From Trichoplax adhaerens (taxonomy: Eukaryota > Animalia > Placozoa): 19,304 bases of DNA. The stretch lies in assembly GCF_000150275.1 (NCBI RefSeq), contig NW_002061018.1:23427-42730 (forward strand), in the 5' to 3' direction. Shown here one piece after another: positions 11,440 to 19,304 of this stretch. The first letter of the stretch is position 1. Every line of letters starts with the position of its first letter. Position numbers and translations under genes: made by a program. The notes beneath the pieces were generated by a model, which saw only the letters and a list, made by a program, of their open reading frames with translations, had not been told where the DNA came from and did no database searches.

Positions 11440-11930
11440 TGTAGTGTATTTAGAATATACTGTAACTATATTCTACTCTTAAATATGTCTATAGACATGT
11501 TGTATTGCTCTTATATTTAGACAGATCTACAGTCCTCTTACTCTACATTCATATATAGACTACTGTATTTAGTTATTACGGTACTCGCTGTTTTCTACAA
11601 TCATCTGCTATTTTGTAACCTGTTATGGTATATGTTGTATCTAATTCCACAATCCTATTCTCTGCATGTGCTTTATCTTTAAAACTATAAATACCGGCGA
11701 TTTCTACCTCAGAGTTCATTAGCCTCTCAGTTGGTCTTCTAGTTAGTCTCACAGTCTAATACTTTTACTCGTTACTCACGACAGCTTGCACGCTGATCTA
11801 CCGTAACTACCTCACTGTACTTCACATTACTAACCTACAATAAAAGCATAACTTTTATAAACCCTTTGTTGTAATAATTGTAAATGGCGACTAAATCTCA
11901 ATCCTCTGAGATATCGAACCCTCCATCACA
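11440..11930 (+). mobile_element. Solo LTR (copy B, same family as 1369-1833)
   Basis: Begins TGTAGTG and ends CATCACA. Flanks are CCCGT (11435-11439) and CCCGC (11931-11935), a 5-bp TSD with one mismatch. TATAAATA at 11686-11693 and AATAAA at 11839-11844. Homology to copy A effectively stops at these termini. Confidence 0.8.
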
Positions 11931-12377
11931 CCCGCAAACTACTAAATTAATACTAAGTATAATTTAGCTTAAAACTGTACATTTCTACAGTATACACTAA
12001 GAAAAAATAATAATCCCAGATCAAATGTTTTGGGTACATACAGTATGAAATTACCAAGTAACATCAACTTCTACTGTAATTAATGATCAAAATTTAGCAC
12101 ACATATATTCTATTAGCTAAATACATCGCTTGAATTACAAGATCATAATATCTGATTTTTAACAAAAATTATGCAACGGATTATCTTAACTTCTAACCCG
12201 AATAAATCAGTCGGGTTTACAATATACTAAGATACTAAGTAAAAGCTACCATTATAATTAACCAAATAAGTTATATTATTTTTAAAGCTAGAATACTTAT
12301 CACGATACAAAAACTAAGCTAGAATAATTACAATACAAGAAGTTCAAGGAAAATTATAAAAATTAGTCTTCATTGCA

Positions 12378-12542
12378 GTTATACATTGGTAGAACATCAT
12401 CATACTTGCCTTGATTATTATCGATATCACTAATGTTGCTATATGACATACCAATATTCGCATAATTATCACCAAGTGTTTCTAGTGTAATCTTGAGTGA
12501 TTTGATATACATTGATAGAGCGTCGTCATGTTTGCCTTGATT
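12378..12542 (-). pseudogene. Frameshifted TPR-repeat relic (not in the ORF track)
   Basis: Manual translation: NQGKHDDALSMYIKSLKITLETLG / (+1 nt) DNYANIGMSYSNISDIDNNQGKYDDVLPMYN. Confidence 0.8.
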
Positions 12543-13467
12543 TGAATTTGCCGTAATTATGTAATTACATTTACCAATTTTATATACATAGCAATAAGAG
12601 TTCCATATTTTTCAGCAAGTCTTCAAATATAATGTCCACTTTTTAAGTGAGAGTCTCACTCAGCTTTCTCACACAAAGGGAACTAAGCGTCTTATACAAT
12701 TCATGCCATTGCCTTATTTACTTCTTGATCGCTACTTTATTATTACCTGATTTGTTTGCTAGCTAATTTTCTTATTTCAATTATTTAAAAAACGAACTTT
12801 CTACATTTACTTATATAAGGCTACTTACTCCACGAACATAAGCGACAAAAAAGGAAAATTGTAGTGGTAAAAACCGGTAGGAGTGTTAAACATATATCAT
12901 CGATTGAGAGATGCTACCCAATTTTGATCGTAGTTTTATGTAGGTAGCGTTGGAATAGGAAAATAAGTAGAATTAAAGCTTCAATAAAGCTCCGCCATTA
13001 CTCTTTAATATCTAGTCGTATATAGCTAAAAAAAATCATTGTTTCCTATCTTTATATAAGCTTTATGAACTGCAGCTTTCTCAATATAAAAATAGAAAAA
13101 AATTTTTTAGTACATTATCAAATAAAGCCCTCAAAATAAAGTTTATTCCCAATGCGAATATTCAAAGACTTTCAAACATGGATTGATAGCTAGGAAGTGA
13201 GCTAACAGCTTTATCAACTCTAGCACAAATATTACACGTTTACTGAATGATCCATCCTAAATTTTGCTATTCATGTGCTTATATTACCATATTACCACGT
13301 TGTAATTAATTATTGAAACAGCCTGCTAAATACTGCCCCATTATTATTACTGAATAGCTAAAGTTAGGCGGGAAGTAAAGGAAAATTCATAACCCTGTTA
13401 TAGTAAAAGCATCATTTTAAGTATCACTTTATTTTTTTAACATTAATAGAATGGCTGCAAGGTACGT

Positions 13468-13739
13468 TGTTATGTCACAAACCAGCTTCGTGACAAGGAT
13501 AACGTAAAACAAATCTCTAAATTACTATAGTCTTCCGGAATTCAGTATCCCTTAACTACCTCACAAGGATTTAGACGCCTTTGATTCTACGTTAAACTCA
13601 ACTAGACAATTGAGAACTACTTTATTCAAGTATCTGACGGGCTTATATACCCTTCTACAGCAGCTAACATTCACGAGTTATCTTATAAAAATACTTAGGT
13701 GAGAACATCTACTAACTAATTTTTCTCAGTCGGACTACA
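13468..13739 (-). mobile_element. Candidate solo LTR of a second family
   Basis: Minus strand reads TGTAGT...TATATAAG...AATAAA...ATAACA. Flanks gtacgt/atatgt match only 4 of 6 and there is no second copy in the window. Confidence 0.3.
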
Positions 13740-14076
13740 ATATGTCCATTCACAGAATCATTTCAGTACACATTACAGCACAGCATTAAATTTACTGTAA
13801 CACATTTATAATTAGAGTAATTCCTACTCTAAGTAGCTAGTTGTAATATATTATCACTATATTATATTAATCAAATTTAGATGGCTATTTCTTCACGGTA
13901 GTTCATACCGTGACATGTTAGTACCACGCATACAATATTTTTTGTAATTCTAGGTCAGTTTACACAAAAATTTTTACGTATCATCTCATATGTACGGTTA
14001 AAACTATAGATTGCTTTAGTGAACTTTTGCTCTATAGTAGATTTACAGAATGTACATCAGAATGCCAATTCCTGAT

Positions 14077-14414
14077 TTACGATGATTCTGCAGATAGATT
14101 CTTTGCTTTCTTTAACAATTTTTTTCCAAAGCTTTGAACACCTCGAACTGAACTATTTTTGAGTAGTTGGCAAAACACTGGTAAATCATTTCCATGGCGA
14201 TTTTTAAATAAAATATCGTATAATTTATGTGCCTTGTCTTCCTCGTGAATTCTACTATTTATCATTTCCACTTCTCTCGAGCTTAAAACGTGCTTTAATT
14301 TTAAAGGAACTAATACTTCATCAACAGGAACAATTCGAATAAATTCCTCGCCATAGACGGTTAATGCTTGTTGCGCCTGCGACGTCGATATTAATTCTTC
14401 TTCTTCTTTCAGAC
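14077..14414 (-). CDS. Terminal coding exon encoding a CARD (caspase recruitment, death-fold) domain
   Basis: After a T-rich tract and acceptor ctgacctag|: (G)LKEEEELISTSQAQQALTVYGEEFIRIVPVDEVLVPLKLKHVLSSREVEMINSRIHEEDKAHKLYDILFKNRHGNDLPVFCQLLKNS...ESS*. This fits the CARD pattern VDxVLxxLxxxxVLSxxExExI...KAxKLxDIL...FCxxL and extends ORF-track entry 14077-14271. Confidence 0.75.
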
Positions 14415-14728
14415 CTAGGTCAGCATAGCGTTAATGAAGAAAATAAAATAAAATACTGATATAATCTAACACTTATTCTATAAAATGCTTGCAAATATAT
14501 AATAGGCAGCATGGCTAGGATAACAGACTAAAGTACTATCGAGAAAGGTGTTTACATTTATAAGCGCTAGCAATCTAAAATGTCGGAAATGAATACATTA
14601 ATCTCATCGATTGAGAATTTATAGTTATTATTTCTGTCATTCTAAAAGTACGATAGATTTTCACAGACTAATATTATGATAACATTTGAGGTAATATCAT
14701 TTAGAAAATTATGACTCTTTTTACTCAC

Positions 14729-15047
14729 CTGATGAACTTGCTAATTCTTCCGTCTCATTAAGCATCCAATCATGTACTGATTTTGATCTAAAATATTTAT
14801 TACATTGACTAGAAAGGATTATATCTAGACTGTGGGTTAAATAACAAATTATTTCTGTCATTTTATCGCATTTAACACATTTGACAAAGAATTGACTTTG
14901 AGCTGACTTGAACTTTGGCATTCTCTCATAAACTGTCTCGTTTAAATTATTTTTAATATCCTGCTTGATATTAGATCGATCTTCTATTTTCTTGTTATCT
15001 TGGTCAAACCCTACGGCCTTAGGATAAGGTATATATATATCGGAAGA
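14729..15047 (-). CDS. Internal exon upstream of the CARD exon (contains CxxC...C...W)
   Basis: Open frame SSDIYIPYPKAVGFDQDNKK...ERMPKFKSAQSQFFVKCVKCDK...SQCNKYFRSKSVHDWMLNETEELASSS(G). Consensus donor CAG|GTGAGT at 14729/14728, phase 1, matches the CARD exon acceptor across a 314-nt intron. The acceptor is either tttttctttctaaatatag| (15047) or ccgtag| (15010). Confidence 0.6.
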
Positions 15048-15297
15048 CTATATTTAGAAAGAAAAACAAGATACGGCGTTAATGAAGACTGCACAAGTGC
15101 TATCGAATCATCGAGACTTATTGTATGAATACTTCTGGATAAAAAGATCAATACATCTTCAGTTTCACATTTTAAGAAATTATACAGAAGATAGACCACA
15201 CGATGCAGTAGCATTAAATATAAATCTTTAAATTTAATTTATTTATACATCTGGTATTTGTCATGCTATATTAATACACAGTGTAAGATAACATCCG

Positions 15298-15347
15298 NNN
15301 NNNNNNNNNNNNNNNNNNNNNNNNNNNNNNNNNNNNNNNNNNNNNNN
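15298..15347. other. Assembly gap (50 N)
   Basis: Run of Ns; true size unknown. Confidence 0.99.
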
Positions 15348-15617
15348 CCTAAAATTATTAAAATCGTTTCCAAACGACCGTATGGACGTAGCCATACCAG
15401 TAACAGGTGGAGTCATTTGATTACTTGATGATGTAGATGGTGCTGAAGTCGGTGCTTCATTATTATTGCTACTAATATTATTTCGGTTATTCGTATTATC
15501 ATCATTATTGCAAAATTGGCCACTTGCGACGCTATCGCTAAAACCTGATGATATTACGCCATTGGTCTCCGATATATTAGCTACGTCTGTTGGATATAGA
15601 ATATCATCCGAGAGTTT
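15348..15617 (-). CDS. Partial Ser/Asn/Thr-rich low-complexity reading frame running into the gap
   Basis: 90 open codons: KLSDDILYPTDVANISETNGVISSGFSDSVASGQFCNNDDNTNNRNNISSNNNEAPTSAPSTSSSNQMTPPVTGMATSIRSFGNDFNNFR. Composition is linker-like, it has no start or acceptor of its own, and it abuts the truncated TPR copy. Confidence 0.45.
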
Positions 15618-15618
15618 T

Positions 15619-16170
15619 TATAATGTAGACATGTATAAAAAATCAGTGAAGATTCGATCGAGAATTAAAGGCGAGAATGTATTGTATGTCTAAAGCCTCA
15701 CGGTACTTGCCTAGATTAGTGTACTTAACGCCATTGTCATCGTAGGAGTCATTAACATCGATATTTTCGCCTCTTGACGGTTTTAATTTCAAATCAGGAG
15801 AATCTTTAAAACCTTTCAAGGCGCCTTTACAATCACCATCAAGTCGTTTAACGTTTCTCCGCCTATCCAAGCGTATTGCAGCCTTCGCTTCGTCTTGTAG
15901 TTGTTTAGCTAATTTCTCTGCTTCACTAATCCATTTTTGGGCTTTTAACCGTTTATGTTCTTCTGTACAACAATCAGCCATTTCCAGATAAACATGACAT
16001 TTAAGTTTATGAGCATCATAGTTACCTTGGGGTATCGATTCTATTTGAGTAATCACTTTTTCATAACAATCAAGCGCTGACGTGTAATGGCGATGATTTT
16101 GATATTTCCAACCCTGTTTGTAAAGAGCTTCGACTTCATCAGGAATAGTCTTAGTAGACTGATTATTCAT
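15619..16170 (-). pseudogene. Truncated TPR gene copy 2, disrupted by a micro-inversion
   Basis: Paralogue of 4496-5629 with ATG at 16170. The frame is open to KYREALD, then the next coding block (DMYKKSVKIRSRIKGEN) appears on the plus strand at 15628-15679. Homology ends at 15619. Confidence 0.85.
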
Positions 16171-16442
16171 ATTTTCAGTTTTGAAGAAGAACCAAGAGAT
16201 GGGATGGAATAAAATAGATTTGTATGCTCTTCTCAATGTATTTGCCAAATTTGGATAACTATACGAATGACTGTTCTAATAAATCAGCAAAAACCTGCAA
16301 AATAGCTGCCTTTAACGTTCAATCGATATCTCAGATCTGTTTAAGTTAGGAATACTGCTAAATCAACAAAAATCGATACATCCTTAACCAAATGACAATC
16401 ATTAATTATTTTTCTATATCATTGTAGTGCAGCCCCAAATAC

Positions 16443-17893
16443 AGCTTGGATCATGATTGTAAGACTGTACGAGAGCAGTAGTACTCGTTTCCTAGATTGT
16501 CTGATTTTGAGATATCTATTTGTAGTAGAGATTTACTTAAGTATCGCCCTTATACTAACTCGTAACTTAGTATAACACTAGAAGAAGTCGACGCTACGTC
16601 AAGTATAAATCAATGCAAAAAATACACAAAGTTTAAGCATAACTCGAATAATATTATAAACTTGTTACATAAACTATAGGTAGGCACTAATCTGCATAGT
16701 CGATACACATAGCTTAGATCACGATTGTAAGACTGTACGAGAGCAGTAGTACTCGTTTCCTAGATTATCTGATTTTGAGATATCTATTTGTAGTAGAGAT
16801 TACATAAGTATCGCCCTTATACTAACTCGTAACTTAGTATAACACTAGAAGAAGTCGACGCTACGTCAAGTATAAATCAATGCAAAAAATACACAAAATA
16901 CAAGTATAACTCGAATAATATAATAAACTTGTTACATAAACTATAGGTAGGCACTAATCTGCATAGTCGATACACATAGGTTAGATCACGATTGTAAGAC
17001 TGTACGAGAGCAGTAGTACTCGTTTCCTAGATTATCTGATTTTGAGATATCTATTTGTAGTAGAGATTTACATAAGTATCGCCCTTATACTAACTCGTAA
17101 CTTAGTATAACACTAGAAGAAGTCGACGCTACGTCAAGTATAAATCAATGCAAAAAATACACAAAATACAAGCATAACTCGAATAATATTAATAAACTTG
17201 TTACATAAACTATAGGTAGGCACTAATCTACATAGTCGATACATATAGCTTAGATCACGATTGTAAGACTGTACGAGAGCAGTAGTACTCGTTTCCTAGA
17301 TTGTCTGATTTTGAGATATCTACTTGTAGTAGAAATTTACATAAGTATCGCCCTTATACTAACTCGTAGCTAAGAATAACACTAGAAGAAGTCGACGCTA
17401 CGTCAAGTATAAATCAATGCAAAAAATACACAAAGTACAAGCATACCTCGAATAATATAATAAACTTGTTACATAAACTATAGGTAGGCACTAATCTGCA
17501 TAGTCGATACACATAGATTAGATCACGATTGTAAGACTGTACGAGAGCAGTAGTACTCGTTTCCTAGATTGTCTGATTTTGAGATATCTACTTGTAGTAG
17601 AGATTTACATAAGTATCGCCCTTATACTAACTCGTAACTTAGTATAACACTAGAAGAAGTCGACGCTACGTCAAGTATAAATCAATGCAAAAAATACACA
17701 AAGTACAAGCATAACTCGAATAATATAATAAACTTGTTACGTAAACTATAGGTAGGCACTAATCTACATAGTCGATACATATAGCTTAGATCACGATTGT
17801 AAGACTGTACGAGAGCAGCAGTACTCGTTTCCTAGATTGTCTGATTTTGAGATATCTATTTGTAGTAGAAGTTTACATAAGTATCGCCCTTAT
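16443..17893. repeat. Tandem array 2: ~268-bp unit, 5 full units plus a partial unit cut by the gap
   Basis: Unit starts at 16443, 16711, 16978, 17247, 17515 and 17783. Same family as array 1 with its own shared variants. Confidence 0.97.
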
Positions 17894-17943
17894 NNNNNNN
17901 NNNNNNNNNNNNNNNNNNNNNNNNNNNNNNNNNNNNNNNNNNN
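17894..17943. other. Assembly gap (50 N)
   Basis: Run of Ns ending array 2; the array is probably longer than assembled. Confidence 0.99.
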
Positions 17944-18414
17944 TAATGCTTTTGATGAATTTGAGTTCTCAGCTATTACATTTTTCATGAAGTACTTATG
18001 GAATAATTTTGAATCAACAAATCATGAATCAGTTTGTTGCATAATTAGTTTTATAAACTAATGCTGTAAGCTATTTTCACTTCAGTAAACAAAGTAAATA
18101 ATTTATTAACTGCTAACCTTGACCGAACTATTGAAGTGGATACGATATTAGATAGTATAATATCATAATGTAGCAAAATTATTAGATTATCGATTAATTA
18201 TTAGCCAAGTTCAATGAAAATCCTATATACTATACATCTTTACTACCAAAGGTACCCTGCTAAAATAATTTGTTAGATCCATCTTGTTTAAAATCTTTAC
18301 GTACTTAAGTAACAAAATTCCTATTAAAGCATTCCTCTTGTTGGGTTATCTGGACATTATACTTTGCATTAGTCTTCTACAATTGCCGGTAGTGATTATG
18401 CTTTCGCTGTAGTC
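17944..18414 (-). pseudogene. Possible decayed NB-ARC/STAND NTPase exons
   Basis: Two segments with candidate splice sites (18414-18118 and 18057 to the gap) read, with several stops, ...ECFNRNFVT*VRKDFKQDGSNKLF*QGTFGSK...FATL*YY...SVK|FIKLIMQQ...ENSNSSKAL. The order resembles the pre-P-loop Arg, a degenerate GxxGxGK, a 'xxW' strand and the approach to Walker B, but no motif is intact. Confidence 0.2.
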
Positions 18415-19304
18415 CTATAAAAATGAGTATCGTAGTAAGTGAATAGCATCAACAGTACTATATATAAAATAGTCGAGTGCAACTAATGATTAATTTAATG
18501 GGATAGCTATAGCCTTAAATCAGAATGTGACAGAAGAAAATTCAGTTTGATAGCTAGCTGTGTTTAGTTTACGTGATCTAAGGTTGCTACTGTAATATTC
18601 GACAATAATTTTAAGTATTAAACTATTTAATCCGCTGCATTTGGGAGACAGATTATTGAGTGACCATTTTAGGATACGGATAAAAATAGCAATTTATTAA
18701 ATAGATCGTTTCAATTTTGGGGCATACAAAATAAAATTTTATTGTTGAAACTCCATTACATTTACTACAACCTTGTCAAAGTATCATTTGTTCAAATTCG
18801 TTACTTCTTGTTTTCCTGACTTTAAAAGTAATAAGTATTTATACACGTACAAATATTCTTGAAGCAGTGAATTCCATAGAAAGAGCCTACCAATATTGGG
18901 AAATATACTTGCTAATACTGAAATTAAACCTTGATAAAAATTTTCATGATCAGTAACCTTTCCAGATTTAATTACGAAAGGTTAGCAATTTTAGTCCTTT
19001 TTCAATATGAGATCAGTAAAAAAGTTGCAAATAAGATATTTCTCAAATCTAGCTTCTTAAAATTACCTCACTTGTGTCATGATTCTAGAATACCGTAAAA
19101 CGGTACAGACTTTATACAGACCGTGCATAAATCTAGAAAAGTCTCCGATCTCTGTCCCTTCCCAAGGTGATTGCGCAGTANAATACATACAACATCTACT
19201 TTGCTGGAGCTTTAGTATTTCATCAGCACAAAGCTACTGATATTTGCTTATATAGTCTACTAAAATGCTATAGCATATTCGTATCTAATTTATATTTATT
19301 ACGC

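Noticed and set aside
1369-11930. One large DNA transposon with ~470-bp terminal inverted repeats
   Set aside because: Each copy has its own distinct TSD, the outer flanks do not match each other, and there is no transposase.
13893-13913. Hairpin TCACGGTA-N5-TACCGTGA as a Helitron 3' end or terminator
   Set aside because: No correctly placed CTRR|T end, and intrinsic terminators do not apply in this context.
15466-15693. Plus-strand 75-aa ORF resembling a secreted peptide
   Set aside because: It is antisense to the S/N-rich frame plus the inverted TPR block, so it is a by-product of the rearrangement.
17837-18061. 74-aa ORF
   Set aside because: It spans an N gap and begins inside the tandem repeat.

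Overview
AT-rich eukaryotic genomic DNA with GT-AG introns and two 50-N assembly gaps. The 42-aa 'GDNHP' TPR repeats, death-fold exons and base composition suggest an early-branching animal such as a placozoan (Trichoplax-like); this is an inference, not a database result. The window is a rearranging cluster of cell-death/innate-immune-type modules, all on the minus strand. It holds a Death-domain exon missed by the ORF track (1949-2295), a TPR gene broken by one in-frame TGA (4496-5629), two further TPR relics, and a spliced gene ending in a CARD exon (14077-14414). A second TPR copy ~10.5 kb away carries a micro-inversion and is fused to an unrelated Ser/Asn-rich reading frame, and a possible decayed NB-ARC-like remnant lies near the right end. 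Each TPR copy has a ~268-bp tandem array ~270 bp upstream of its ATG, and each array is homogenised to its own variant. Two solo LTRs of one family (TG...CA, each with its own 5-bp target-site duplication) lie in opposite orientations. The main hypothesis is a twice-repeated 'tandem array > TPR > phase-1 death-fold terminal exon' layout that may be a domain-shuffling hotspot.
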